A DNA stretch of 33,248 nucleotides from Candidatus Iainarchaeum sp. (GCA_017608775.1 JAFCFF010000001.1:1-33248), one strand, 5' to 3'; counted from the first letter of the stretch, positions 23,765 through 33,175 are shown. Made by a program: numbers and translations. The notes: generated from the sequence alone by a model not told the origin.

Positions 23765-25189
23765 ATGATAAAAGAAAGTTTGAGAAGAATTCATGATTAC
23801 TTGTGGGAGATTCCTAAGCAAGGGGGAATGAGAGTTCCTGGAAGGGTCTACGGAACAAGGGAGTTTTTGGATGGGATTGAGGAAGATGCGTTCCAACAGG
23901 TTGCAAACGTTGCCTGGATGCCTGGAATTCTCAGGTATTCCATAGCAATGCCTGACATTCATTCTGGTTATGGTTTTCCAATCGGCGGAGTTGCTGCCTT
24001 CTCAAAGGAAGAGGGAATAATAAGTCCTGGAGCAGTTGGGTTTGACATAAACTGTGGGCTAAGACTTTTAACAACAGGAATAAAATACAAAGAATTTAGA
24101 CCAAAACTAAGGGACTTTGTTGATAAGATGTTTAAAAAAATCCCAATAGGTCTTGGAAGCAAAAGCTCGCTAAGAGTTGGGAACTTTGAAAAAGTTCTTG
24201 TGGACGGAGTTTCCTATCTAAGGGAGCAGGGATATGTGGAAAAAAAAGATGTTGAGAGAATAGAGGAGCATGGAAGCATGGCTGGAGCAGATCCCTCCAA
24301 AGTAAGTGACACAGCAAAAAAAAGAGGGATTTCACAGCTTGGAAGTATTGGTTCTGGAAACCATTTTGTTGAGGCCTTGCTTGTGGACGAAATTTACAAC
24401 CCTGAAATCTCTGAGTTTTTCGATATTAGAAATGATGAAATTGTTTTTATGATTCATACTGGATCTCGTGGACTTGGACATCAGATTGCAACTGACTACA
24501 TAAAAACAATGCTGAGAAATTACGAGAGCTATGGTTTTAAACTTCCTGACAAACAACTTGTTGGAGCGCCCTACAACAGACCAGAGGCTCAAAACTATCT
24601 AAAGGCAATGGCCTGCGCAATCAACTTTGCCTTTTCAAACAGACAGATAGCAACTTTTTTCCTAAGAGAGTTGCTTGAAAAGGAGTTTTCCCTTAAGCCA
24701 GAAGAGGTAAAGCTAGTTTATGACCATGCTCATAACATTGTAAAGCACGAGAAGCACAAAATCGAGGGAGATGAAAAAGAAATTCTTGTTTACAGAAAAG
24801 GAGCAACAAGGGCATTTACAAAAGAAAGGCCTGAGCTGTTTGGGGACCTAAAAGTCTATGGCCAGCCCTGCTTAATTCCAGGCTCGATGGGCACCCCGAC
24901 CTATGTTATGATACCAGAGGAAAAAGCAATGACAGAGACGTTTGGCACTATCAATCACGGGGCAGGAAGAAGAATGAGTAGAAAAAGAGCAACACAAGAA
25001 ATTGGCAGGACTGTGTTTAGCGAGATGGAAAAACTTGGAAAGATTGTCAGAAGCACAAGTAGGAGATCAATGATGGAGGAGTCCCCAAGAGCATATAAAG
25101 ACATCGATGTTGTTGTTGACATCGTTGAAAAAGCAGGGTTGGCAAAAAGAGTTGTAAGGCTAAGGCCTTTGGGAGTTATAATAGGTTAA
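23765..25189 (+). CDS. rtcB: RNA-splicing ligase RtcB (3'-phosphate/5'-hydroxyl RNA ligase)
   Basis: MPDIHSGYGFPIGGV, GFDINCG, GSGNHF, HTGSRGLGHQ, PGSMG, NHGAGR. Confidence 0.96.
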   Translation: MIKESLRRIHDYLWEIPKQGGMRVPGRVYGTREFLDGIEEDAFQQVANVAWMPGILRYSIAMPDIHSGYGFPIGGVAAFSKEEGIISPGAVGFDINCGLRLLTTGIKYKEFRPKLRDFVDKMFKKIPIGLGSKSSLRVGNFEKVLVDGVSYLREQGYVEKKDVERIEEHGSMAGADPSKVSDTAKKRGISQLGSIGSGNHFVEALLVDEIYNPEISEFFDIRNDEIVFMIHTGSRGLGHQIATDYIKTMLRNYESYGFKLPDKQLVGAPYNRPEAQNYLKAMACAINFAFSNRQIATFFLRELLEKEFSLKPEEVKLVYDHAHNIVKHEKHKIEGDEKEILVYRKGATRAFTKERPELFGDLKVYGQPCLIPGSMGTPTYVMIPEEKAMTETFGTINHGAGRRMSRKRATQEIGRTVFSEMEKLGKIVRSTSRRSMMEESPRAYKDIDVVVDIVEKAGLAKRVVRLRPLGVIIG

Positions 25190-25292
25190 AACAACAAGCC
25201 CAACACAGCCAGGTTTACTAGAAAAAATGTTTTAGAAACGATAAAAATATATTAGAAAGGGGAAAAAGAGCCGAATTTGGCTTGGAGAGGGA

Positions 25293-25309
25293 GGGAGCTC
25301 CCTTTTTTT
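25293..25309 (+). terminator. GC palindrome GGGAGCTCCC followed by T7
   Basis: The only GC-rich hairpin plus oligo-T in the rtcB-uL3 spacer, ~100 nt after the rtcB stop. Confidence 0.4.
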
Positions 25310-25338
25310 AGAAAAAAAAGCAAAATTCAAGGAATAGC

Positions 25339-25376
25339 TTTAAATATATTTACCAAGCTAAGTTTTTTTATATAAA
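25339..25376 (+). promoter_or_regulatory. Two TATA-like boxes (TTTAAATATA at 25339-25348, TTTTTATATAAA at 25365-25376) ahead of the uL3 operon
   Basis: AT-rich boxes 70-105 nt upstream of ATG 25446. Position and composition are the only evidence. Confidence 0.3.
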
Positions 25377-25445
25377 TTTTTTTGTATTTCATTTTTTGTT
25401 TTTTCTTCTTTGTAAGAAGAAGTTGTTTATCTTAGGTAAGATAGT

Positions 25446-26414
25446 ATGGCAAAACCAAGTAAAATCAGATCTGGTAGTATGGCCTTCTACCCAAGAAAAA
25501 GAGCCAAAACCCAAAAAACAAGGTTTGGTTTTTTTAAATCCCTAAAAGAGGGAGAGATCCTTGGGTTTCTTGGTTATAAGGTAGGTATGTTACATTTAAT
25601 AGCGGAAAATAAAAACCCAAGAAGTCATTTAGCTGGGCAAGATATTTTCATTCCAGCAACTGTTGTGGAAACCCCTGCGCTTGGGGTGTTGGGAGTAAGA
25701 GCATATAAAAAAACAAAGACAAAAAACTTTGTTGTTAGAGATTTTCTTTTCAAAAACATTCCAAAGTATGTTAAAAAATACTACAAACTACCAAAAGAGG
25801 GAAAAGGCCTAGACAAGCTTAATCTGGACGAGGTTTCTTTTCTAAGGCTTTTAGTTTTTACTCAGCCAAGGCTGACAAGCATAGGAAAAAAGAAGCCAGA
25901 GATTTTGGAGCTGGATATTTCCGGAAACAAGGAGACACAGCTAAGAATTGCAAGGGAAAAAGAAGGTAAGGAGATAGTGGTTGAGGAGATATTTGAGCCA
26001 TTTACTTTTTTGGATATAAAAGCAGTGACAAAGGGGAAAGGAATGCAAGGACCTGTAAAGAGGTTTGGCGTCAAAGTTACAAAAAGAAAGGCACAAAAAC
26101 ACAGGGATGTTGGGAGCATAGGAGCATGGAGCCCTTCGACGGTTCCGTTTACTGTTCCCAGAGCCGGACAGATGGGATATCACACAAGAACCGAGTTTAA
26201 TAAAAAACTGTTGATTGTTGGAAAAAAAGAAGACATAAAAAAAATAAATCCAAGGTCTGGTTTCAAAAACTACGGGTTTGTTAAAAACCCTTTTATTGTT
26301 GTTGCTGGAAGCATCCCAGGGCCCACAAAAAGATTTATTGCCATAAGAAAGGGAACAAGAAAGAAAAGGAGGGTTCGCTACCCGGTTGAGGAAATAAAGG
26401 AAATAGTTAAATAA
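25446..26414 (+). CDS. rpl3: Ribosomal protein uL3
   Basis: GSMAFYPRKRA...GYKVGM...KGKGMQGPVKRFG...PRAGQMGYHTRTE. Confidence 0.96.
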   Translation: MAKPSKIRSGSMAFYPRKRAKTQKTRFGFFKSLKEGEILGFLGYKVGMLHLIAENKNPRSHLAGQDIFIPATVVETPALGVLGVRAYKKTKTKNFVVRDFLFKNIPKYVKKYYKLPKEGKGLDKLNLDEVSFLRLLVFTQPRLTSIGKKKPEILELDISGNKETQLRIAREKEGKEIVVEEIFEPFTFLDIKAVTKGKGMQGPVKRFGVKVTKRKAQKHRDVGSIGAWSPSTVPFTVPRAGQMGYHTRTEFNKKLLIVGKKEDIKKINPRSGFKNYGFVKNPFIVVAGSIPGPTKRFIAIRKGTRKKRRVRYPVEEIKEIVK

Positions 26415-26423
26415 GTGAGAGAT

Positions 26424-27263
26424 ATGAAGGGAAGTATTTATAATATAGATGGAAAAGTTGTTAGGGAAATTGAACTTCCAAAGGTCTTTGAAACAGAATA
26501 CAATCCTGTTCTTATAAGAAAGGTGGTTAATTTCCTGGAAACCCACAGACTCCAAAGAAAAGGAGCAAGCCATAGAGCTGGAAGAGACTATGTCATAGAA
26601 TATGTTGGAAGAAGACATCTTCCGCACAGCATTATAAGTAGAGATATAGCAAGAAGGAAAAAAACAAAGGAAAGAAGAAGTTTAATTCTTGGGAGGGCTA
26701 CAGGGACAGCTGGAACAAGAGGAGGACCAAAGGCACATCCGCTGAGGCCAGAAAAAAAACCATGGAAAAAAATAAACAAAAAAGAAATAATAAAGGCAAG
26801 AAAGAGTGCCATAGCGGCAACAGCCCTAAAGGAAAGAGTAAGGGAAAGAGGACATCTTTTTAGAAAAGAGTTGAGGTTTCCAATAATCGTTGAAAGTGGT
26901 TTTGAGAATTTAAAAAAAAGCAAGGACTTCAAAAAACTTTTGAGAGGTTTGGGTGTTGAGGAAGATGTTGAAAGAGCAAAAAAAAGAAAGGTTGAAAGGG
27001 CAGGAAAGGGAAAGATGAGAGGGAGAAGATACAAAAGAAAGAAAAGCCTGCTTGTTGTTGTAAGTGAAGAAGGAAAGAACATTGAAAAAGCTGCAAGAAA
27101 CTTAGAGGGTGTTGATGTTGTTCCGGCTAAAAAATTGAGTGTAAGAGAGCTTGCCCCAGGAACCATGGCAGGTAGGCTAACGTTATGGAGTGAGGAAACT
27201 ATAAAATTGTTTGGGAAAAAGAAAGCAGAGAAGTTAAAAGAAACAAACAAGCAGAAAAGGTGA
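26424..27263 (+). CDS. rpl4: Ribosomal protein uL4
   Basis: MKGSIYNIDGKVVREIELPKVF, plus position. GTGA SD 5 nt before ATG 26424 (the track starts at GTG 26415). Confidence 0.92.
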   Translation: MKGSIYNIDGKVVREIELPKVFETEYNPVLIRKVVNFLETHRLQRKGASHRAGRDYVIEYVGRRHLPHSIISRDIARRKKTKERRSLILGRATGTAGTRGGPKAHPLRPEKKPWKKINKKEIIKARKSAIAATALKERVRERGHLFRKELRFPIIVESGFENLKKSKDFKKLLRGLGVEEDVERAKKRKVERAGKGKMRGRRYKRKKSLLVVVSEEGKNIEKAARNLEGVDVVPAKKLSVRELAPGTMAGRLTLWSEETIKLFGKKKAEKLKETNKQKR

Positions 27264-27267
27264 AAAA

Positions 27268-27519
27268 ATGGAAGTAATTAAGTATGCTTTGATGAGTGAA
27301 AAAGCACTTGGGATGGTTGACAGGGAAAACAAGATTACTTTTATTGTTGATATGAATGCAAAAAAAGAGGAGATTAGGAAAGAGGTTGAGAAATTAACAG
27401 GAGCAAGGGTTGTTAAGATAAATGTTATTATAGATAGAAAATCAAGGAAAAAAGCGGTTGTTAAGTTTGACAAAAGCGTAAATGCCCAAGATATAGCAGC
27501 AAAGGTAGGCTTGATATAA
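27268..27519 (+). CDS. rpl23: Ribosomal protein uL23
   Basis: Position, size (83 aa), ITFIVDMNAKKEEIRKEVEKL...KKAVVK. GGTGAaaaaATG. Confidence 0.92.
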   Translation: MEVIKYALMSEKALGMVDRENKITFIVDMNAKKEEIRKEVEKLTGARVVKINVIIDRKSRKKAVVKFDKSVNAQDIAAKVGLI

Positions 27520-27534
27520 CTTTATGGTGAGAGG

Positions 27535-28263
27535 ATGGGAACAAGAATAACAACTAGGAAAAGAGGCAGAGCCGGAAGAGTTTACAGAGCAAAGAGTCAT
27601 GCCTTCAAGTCAAGGGTTTCCTATCCAACATACAGCAAAGAACAAAAAACAAACAAAGAAATTGGGAGCATTGTTGATATTATAAAAGACCCCTCAAAAA
27701 CCTCTGCGATGGCGAAAATAGAAATGTATGACGGAAGAGTGTTTTTCATACCTGCTGCAGAGGGGATTTTCGTTGGAAAGAAAATAGAGATAGGAAAAAA
27801 AGCAGATCTTGTGTTGGGAAATATTTTGTCTTTGAGGGACATCAATGAAGGCATGCCTATATTTAACGTGGAGTTAAAACCAGGAGATGGAGGAAAGATA
27901 ATAAGAAGTTCTGGTGCCTATGGTTTGGTTATCTCAAAAGATAAAAACTATGCTTATGTGAAACTTCCATCAAAAAGAAAAATAGCCCTAAACCTAGACT
28001 CAAGAGCAACGATAGGTGTTGTGTCTAGCGGCGGAAGAACAGATAAACCCTTACTCAAGGCAGGAAATGCGTTTTATAAAAAGAAGAGAAAAAGGAGCTT
28101 GCTTTGGCCAAGGGTAAGGGGAGTTGCCATGAATGTTTATGACCACCCTTATGGAGGACAGGAGCACAGCCCTGGTAAAAGTAAAAGCGTTAGCAGACAC
28201 GCTCCTCCTGGAAGAAAGGTTGGGGACATAGCATCAAAAAGAACCGGAAGGAGGAAAAAATAG
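27535..28263 (+). CDS. rpl2: Ribosomal protein uL2
   Basis: PGDGGKIIRSSGAYG...WPRVRGVAMNVYDHPYGGQEH. Confidence 0.96.
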   Translation: MGTRITTRKRGRAGRVYRAKSHAFKSRVSYPTYSKEQKTNKEIGSIVDIIKDPSKTSAMAKIEMYDGRVFFIPAAEGIFVGKKIEIGKKADLVLGNILSLRDINEGMPIFNVELKPGDGGKIIRSSGAYGLVISKDKNYAYVKLPSKRKIALNLDSRATIGVVSSGGRTDKPLLKAGNAFYKKKRKRSLLWPRVRGVAMNVYDHPYGGQEHSPGKSKSVSRHAPPGRKVGDIASKRTGRRKK

Positions 28264-28273
28264 GTGGTGTGTT

Positions 28274-28669
28274 ATGGCTAAGGAAAAATTTATGGGAAAA
28301 ACTCAGGAAGAGATGAAAAAAATAAGTTTTGAGGAATTTCTAAAAATGATAAATGCAAGGGCAAGAAGAAGCCTGAAAAAGGGAAAATACCTGCCATTGG
28401 AAAAGAAAATAGAAAAGGGGAAGAAAATGTTAGAGGAGGGAAAACAGCCAAAGCCGATAAGAACTCACAGAAGAGACAAGATAATAACCCCAAACATGCT
28501 TGGCCTGAAATTTGCTATATATAACGGAAAGGAGTTTGTTGTTAGAGAGATTAATGTTGAGATGCTTGGGCACTATCTTGGGGAATTTGCCTTAACAAGA
28601 GAGTTTGTAAAACACGGCAAAGCAGGTATAGGAGCAACAAGAAGCTCTAAGGCAACTGAAAGAAAGTGA
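28274..28669 (+). CDS. rps19: Ribosomal protein uS19
   Basis: IRTHRRDKIITPNMLGLKFAIYNGKEFV...GHYLGEFALTR. Confidence 0.95.
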   Translation: MAKEKFMGKTQEEMKKISFEEFLKMINARARRSLKKGKYLPLEKKIEKGKKMLEEGKQPKPIRTHRRDKIITPNMLGLKFAIYNGKEFVVREINVEMLGHYLGEFALTREFVKHGKAGIGATRSSKATERK

Positions 28670-28674
28670 TTTTT

Positions 28675-29259
28675 ATGGGTTACAACTATCCGACACTTGA
28701 GCAGCTAGAAAAGAAAAAGAAAATCGCAAAGGCAAAATCAAGGAACGCACCAATATCATTTAAATTTTCAGTTGAGCTTGCAAGAGAAATAAAGGGAAGA
28801 AAATATTCCTCAGTCCTGAAATTCATAGAGAGAATAATTAAGAAAGAAGAGCATCTTCCGATAAGAAAGTTTAGGAAGAAGGTAGCTCATAGAAAGGGAG
28901 AGGCAAAGTCAAAGGTAAAATCAGGCAGATATCCGATAAGAGTTGCAAGAGTTTGGAAAAAACTCTTAGAAAGCGCAGAGAAAAACGCAGACGCTCTAGG
29001 TCTGGATATAAAAAATCTTTATGTTTTACATGCATTTACGTCAAAGGGATTGAGAAGAATAACAATACAAAAAAAAGGAAGAATGAGATACAGAAGGAAA
29101 AAAGCATGCCATATCGAGATTATTCTTGAGGAAAGAACTGAGGAAAAAAAGGAGAAGAAAGAAGCTAAGCTAAAAACGCGAGAAGATAAGAAAACCAAGG
29201 AAAGAAAAGAAAAAACAGAAAGAAAAATTAAGAAAGAAAGTGGTGAAAAAAATGATTGA
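28675..29259 (+). CDS. rpl22: Ribosomal protein uL22 with a Lys/Glu-rich C-terminal extension
   Basis: AKAKSRNAPISFKFSVELAREIKG...YPIRVARVWKKLLESAEKNA. ATG 28675 follows GTGAttttt. The tail is EERTEEKKEKKEAKLKTREDKKTKERKEKTERKIKKESGEKND. Confidence 0.9.
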   Translation: MGYNYPTLEQLEKKKKIAKAKSRNAPISFKFSVELAREIKGRKYSSVLKFIERIIKKEEHLPIRKFRKKVAHRKGEAKSKVKSGRYPIRVARVWKKLLESAEKNADALGLDIKNLYVLHAFTSKGLRRITIQKKGRMRYRRKKACHIEIILEERTEEKKEKKEAKLKTREDKKTKERKEKTERKIKKESGEKND

Positions 29260-29998
29260 GAGGAAAATCTTGAAGGGAAGATTAAGAGATATTCAGATAG
29301 AAAACTTTCTAAAAGAAGAGTTAAAAAGATCGGGTTGTACGCATATTTCAATAGAGAAAACGCCACTTGTCACAAGGATTGTTCTTTACTTGGCAAGGCC
29401 TGGACTAGCCATAGGAAAAAAAGGAGGGAATATCACAAAGCTAAATGAAAAGCTAAGAAGAGATTTCAACATTGAAAATCCACAGATAGAGATAGAACAG
29501 ATAAGTCCTTTTGATGCACAATATACCGCAGATAGAATTGCCAGTGTCCTTGAATCTGGAAGAAGATGGAGAGGGTTTATACATAAGGTTATAAAAGAGA
29601 CGATGGAAAAAGGAGCTCAGGGAATTGAAATAAAGTTGAAAGGAGTTATCGCAGGAAAGGGACAGAGAAAGAGACAGTCAAGGTTTCATGCCGGATATAT
29701 CAAAAAAGTTGGAAATATGAGGCTCTTGGTAGACCATGGGGCGACAGATGCAATAACAAAGGCAGGAATTATAGGTGTTAAGGTTGCGATAGTTTATCCA
29801 GAGGTTATATTTCCAGACAAGATAAACTTGGATGAAAAGATAAAGATAATAAAAACAGAGGAGATTGAAAAAAAGATAGAAGAAAGAGAAAAAGATAAAA
29901 TCGTTGAGGCCAAGAAGGAAGAAGAAAAACAAACAAAAAAGAGAACAAAAAAAACCTCTGAGAAAAAAGAAGGTGGTGAAAAGAGTGAAATGGCATAA
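29252..29998 (+). CDS. rps3: Ribosomal protein uS3 with a Lys/Glu-rich C-terminal extension
   Basis: KH motif RPGLAIGKKGGNI. GGTGAaaaaaATG at 29252 (the track starts at GTG 29240). Confidence 0.94.
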   Translation: MIERKILKGRLRDIQIENFLKEELKRSGCTHISIEKTPLVTRIVLYLARPGLAIGKKGGNITKLNEKLRRDFNIENPQIEIEQISPFDAQYTADRIASVLESGRRWRGFIHKVIKETMEKGAQGIEIKLKGVIAGKGQRKRQSRFHAGYIKKVGNMRLLVDHGATDAITKAGIIGVKVAIVYPEVIFPDKINLDEKIKIIKTEEIEKKIEEREKDKIVEAKKEEEKQTKKRTKKTSEKKEGGEKSEMA

Positions 29999-30347
29999 GT
30001 TAAGAGAAAAAAACGCAGAGGAGCTTGATAAGGAGCTCTCAAACTTAAAAAAAGAACTAGCAAAGGAAAGAGCTTCCCTTGCAGCAGGAACAAGACCTGA
30101 AAAACCAGGCAGGATAAGGCACTTAAGAAGAACAATAGCAAGAATACTTACAATAAAAAGAGAAAAGGAATTAGAAGAAATAAAAAGAGCGGTTGTAAAG
30201 GACAGAAAGAAAGAGGAGAAAAAAAAGGAGGGGAAAAAAAGAAAAATGACTCTGGAAAAAAAAGGGGTTGTTGAAAAAAATCTCTTAAAAAAAGACAAAA
30301 AGAAAGATGTTAAAACTAAGAAAAGTGGAGGTGTTAAAAAGAAATGA
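29985..30347 (+). CDS. rpl29: Ribosomal protein uL29 with a long Lys-rich C-terminal extension
   Basis: KLREKNAEELDKELSNLKKELAKERASLAAGTRPEKPGRIRHLRRTIARILT. The likely start is GTG 29985, 5 nt after GGTGGTGA. The track ORF begins further upstream inside uS3. Confidence 0.85.
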   Translation: MKWHKLREKNAEELDKELSNLKKELAKERASLAAGTRPEKPGRIRHLRRTIARILTIKREKELEEIKRAVVKDRKKEEKKKEGKKRKMTLEKKGVVEKNLLKKDKKKDVKTKKSGGVKKK

Positions 30348-30652
30348 AAGAAACATGTCCTATATGCGGACTTCCAAAGGAACTTTGCATGTGTAAGGAA
30401 ATAACAAAAGAGGGGGGTTTGGTGACAATAAAGGTTGAAAGAAGAAAAAAACACAAGCTTGTTACGATAATTCAGGGTTTGGATGAATCTCTCTTGAAAG
30501 ATGTTGAAAAGGAACTGAAAAGAAAATTAGCCTGTGGCGGAACAATAAAAGATAGGGAAATAGAGTTGAGAGGAAACCATGCCCAAAAAATAAAGGAGTT
30601 TCTTCTTGGTAGGGGGTTTAGAGAAGAAAATATTTTTGTTACGGGGATTTAG
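30344..30652 (+). CDS. sui1: Translation initiation factor aIF1 / SUI1
   Basis: N-terminal Cys knuckle CPICGLPKELCMC followed by the SUI1 fold block VTIKVERRKKHKLVTIIQGL...LKRKLACGGT. ATGA overlap with uL29. Confidence 0.9.
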   Translation: MKETCPICGLPKELCMCKEITKEGGLVTIKVERRKKHKLVTIIQGLDESLLKDVEKELKRKLACGGTIKDREIELRGNHAQKIKEFLLGRGFREENIFVTGI

Positions 30653-30895
30653 ATGTTTAAGGAAGTTCTTGAGGGAAGAAGAGTAAAGATATTAGAAACA
30701 AGCGATAGAGGGAAGAAGGGCTTAGAGGGAAAAGTTACAAGAGAGTTAAAAAACGAAATTGAGATAAAAACTGGGAAAAATGTAAAAAAAATCAACAAGG
30801 GGGAGATTTTTCTTATGAGTGTTTTTGTTAGAAGAAAAAAACTAAGTATAAAAGGAGAGGAAATAGCTCCATCTCTGGAGGAAAGGCTTAGATAA
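30653..30895 (+). CDS. rnp1: RNase P protein component 1 (Rpp29/Pop4)
   Basis: LEGRRVKILETSDRGKKGLEGKVTRELKNEIEIKT, plus the conserved slot between SUI1 and uS17. Confidence 0.8.
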   Translation: MFKEVLEGRRVKILETSDRGKKGLEGKVTRELKNEIEIKTGKNVKKINKGEIFLMSVFVRRKKLSIKGEEIAPSLEERLR

Positions 30896-30920
30896 AACAA
30901 AGATTGTGCAGGGTGAAAAA

Positions 30921-31187
30921 ATGAAAAAAAAGTTTGTGTCAAGAGGAACAAGGTTGGAGGGGATTGTTATATCAACAAAGGCACCAAAAACAGCAATTGT
31001 TGAGAGAAAGATGATGAGGTTTTTTCCAAAGTACGAAAGATATAGTTATGTGAGAAAAAGAATTGCTGCACATATTCCAGAAAACATAAAAGTTAAGGAG
31101 GGAGACAGGGTTGTTCTGGAGGAAACAAGAAGAATATCCAAGATAAAAAGTTTTATTATAACAAAGGTGGTTGGTGAGGAAAAATGA
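30921..31187 (+). CDS. rps17: Ribosomal protein uS17
   Basis: GIVISTKAPKTAIVERKMMRFFPKYERY...IKVKEGDRVVLEETRRISK. GGTGAaaaaATG at 30921. Confidence 0.93.
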   Translation: MKKKFVSRGTRLEGIVISTKAPKTAIVERKMMRFFPKYERYSYVRKRIAAHIPENIKVKEGDRVVLEETRRISKIKSFIITKVVGEEK

Positions 31188-31582
31188 GAGCAATTGGAGC
31201 AAAGCCAACAAAGACTCTTAGCATAAAAACAAGGTTTGAGATAACAGACAACTCAGGAGGGAAAGAGGCAGAGCTCATAGCGGTAAGAGGATTTAAGGGG
31301 AAAAAAAGAACAAAACCAAAAGCAGGGATCGCATCAATGGTTTTCATAGCAATAAAAAAGGGAAAGCCAGAGCTTAGAAAAAAGGTAGAGAGAGCTGTTG
31401 TTGTTAGGACAAAAAAAGAGTATATGAGAAAAACAGGAATAAGAGTTAAGTTTGAGGATAACGCAGTGGTTTTGGTTGACGAAAAGGGAATTCCAAAAGC
31501 CTCAGAGATAAAGGGGGCAATTGCAAAAGAGTCGGCAGAAAGGTTTCCTAAATTAGCAGGAATTGCCTCTGTGATTGTTTAG
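31184..31582 (+). CDS. rpl14: Ribosomal protein uL14
   Basis: TDNSGGKEAELIAV...AVVVRTKKEY...FEDNAVVLVDEKG. Confidence 0.95.
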   Translation: MRAIGAKPTKTLSIKTRFEITDNSGGKEAELIAVRGFKGKKRTKPKAGIASMVFIAIKKGKPELRKKVERAVVVRTKKEYMRKTGIRVKFEDNAVVLVDEKGIPKASEIKGAIAKESAERFPKLAGIASVIV

Positions 31583-31591
31583 GTGATTTTT

Positions 31592-31936
31592 ATGAAAACA
31601 AAGAAAAAAACAAAAAGTAAAAAACCAGGCAAGCAAAGACTTTATCTGAGAAAAATGCCGGTACATAGGAGAAAGGATATCCTAAAAGCACACCTAAGCA
31701 GGGAACTAAAAAAAGAAATTGGGAAAAGAAGTCATGTTGTTAGAAAGACAGATGTTGTTGTGATAATGAGAGGGGAAAGAAAAGGAAAGAAAGGAAAGGT
31801 TGTTGCAGTAAACAGAAAAAGTGGCTTTATTCACGTAGAGGGAATAACAAAGAAAAAGTCGGGCGGCAGAGAAGTCTTTGTCCCTATAAAGGCCTCAAAC
31901 TTAAAGATAGTAGAGTTGGGAAAGGTGGGTAAATGA
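31592..31936 (+). CDS. rpl24: Ribosomal protein uL24
   Basis: KOW block VRKTDVVVIMRGERKGKKGKVVAV. GGTGAtttttATG at 31592. Confidence 0.93.
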   Translation: MKTKKKTKSKKPGKQRLYLRKMPVHRRKDILKAHLSRELKKEIGKRSHVVRKTDVVVIMRGERKGKKGKVVAVNRKSGFIHVEGITKKKSGGREVFVPIKASNLKIVELGKVGK

Positions 31937-32622
31937 GTAAAAAAGGTTTCCGAAGAGGTAAAAAAAGGTTGCTTTTGCAAAGGGTTAGAGGAATAGGGAA
32001 AAAAATGTTTAAGTGGGTTTTGGGCTCAGTTCCTGGTCCACACTCAAAAAAAAGTTCTTTGCCGTTGGGAGTTTTCTTAAGAGATATACTCAGGCTTTCA
32101 AAAAACATTAAAGAAACAAAATATATTTTGAATAAGGGCATTGTTAAGATAGATGGAGTTGTCAGAAAAGAGTTGAGATTTCCGTTGGGTTTTCAAGATG
32201 TTTTGACGGTTGGTGATAAAACTTACAGGGTTTTGTTTGACAAAAAAATGAACTTTAACTTAGAGGAAATAAAGAAGGAGAAAAATACAAAACTTGTAAA
32301 AATAAAAGGAAAAAAACATGTGGGAAAAGGAAAAATTCAGCTTACTCTTGGTGATGGAAGAACCGTTTTGGTGGAGAAAAAAGAAAAAGATAAGTTTAAA
32401 ATAGATGACGTTTTAAAGATTGAAATTCCAAAAACAAAAATTTTAGAGCATTATGCCCTCAAAAAAGGAGCAAAGGCACTAGTACTCTCAAAAAAGGTTT
32501 TAGAGGGAGAGATTCAGGAAATAGTTCCTGGAGACAAATATAAAAAATCAATAGTAAAACTTAGGGACAAAAACAAAAAAACTTTTGAAACGATAAAAGA
32601 AAAAGTTTTTGTTATTGGTTAG
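31933..32622 (+). CDS. rps4e: Ribosomal protein eS4
   Basis: GPHSKKSSLPLGVFLRDIL...KIDGVVRKELRFPLGFQDVL. Confidence 0.94.
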   Translation: MSKKGFRRGKKRLLLQRVRGIGKKMFKWVLGSVPGPHSKKSSLPLGVFLRDILRLSKNIKETKYILNKGIVKIDGVVRKELRFPLGFQDVLTVGDKTYRVLFDKKMNFNLEEIKKEKNTKLVKIKGKKHVGKGKIQLTLGDGRTVLVEKKEKDKFKIDDVLKIEIPKTKILEHYALKKGAKALVLSKKVLEGEIQEIVPGDKYKKSIVKLRDKNKKTFETIKEKVFVIG

Positions 32623-32631
32623 GTGGTTTGA

Positions 32632-33156
32632 TTGGAAAAAGAAGTCCAGAAAGGAAAAATAGAAAGAATAAGAATTGAAAAACTTACAATAAACATGGGT
32701 GTTGGAGAGCCAGGGGAAAAGCTTGATAAAGCATTTGAGGTATTAAAAGAAATAACAGGGAAAAAACCAGTAAAAACAAAGGCAAAAATAAGAGAGGCAA
32801 AATGGAATATAAGACCTGGTCTGGAAATTGGAGTTAAGGTAACATTAAGAAGAAGGGATGCTGAAGAATTTTTGAAAAGGGTTTTTAAGGCAAAGGACAA
32901 CAAAGTAAGGGGCAAGAGTTTTGATAGTTTTGGAAACCTAAGTCTTGGAATTGAGGAGCATATTGATCTTCCGGGTACAAAATACAACCCTAAACTTGGA
33001 ATTTATGGTATGGATGTTTCAGTAAGTTTTAGGAAGCCTGGATATAGAATTTCAAAAAGAAAGTTAAAAAGAGGAAAGATTGGAAAAAAACAAAGGACAA
33101 CAAAGGGAGAAGCAATTTCCTTTTTAAGAGAGAGGTTTGGTGTGGAGATTGTTTAG
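32632..33156 (+). CDS. rpl5: Ribosomal protein uL5
   Basis: IEKLTINMGVGEPGEKL...FGNLSLGIEEHIDLPG...YGMDVSV. TTG start 5 nt after GGTGG. Confidence 0.94.
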   Translation: MEKEVQKGKIERIRIEKLTINMGVGEPGEKLDKAFEVLKEITGKKPVKTKAKIREAKWNIRPGLEIGVKVTLRRRDAEEFLKRVFKAKDNKVRGKSFDSFGNLSLGIEEHIDLPGTKYNPKLGIYGMDVSVSFRKPGYRISKRKLKRGKIGKKQRTTKGEAISFLRERFGVEIV

Positions 33157-33175
33157 GTAAAATTTGGGTGAAATT

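Noticed and set aside
25941-27250. Long minus-strand ORFs (228 aa at 25941-26627; 220 aa at 26588-27250) antisense to uL3/uL4
   Set aside because: They lie entirely inside confidently identified ribosomal protein genes. Their Phe/Leu/Ser-rich low-complexity translations are the expected antisense shadow of AAG/GAA-rich coding sequence.
29678-30454. 258-aa minus-strand ORF (and nested 115-aa and 63-aa ORFs) antisense to uS3/uL29/SUI1
   Set aside because: This is the antisense shadow of the Lys/Glu-rich tails (AAG/GAA read as CTT/TTC). It has no start context and no plausible protein composition.
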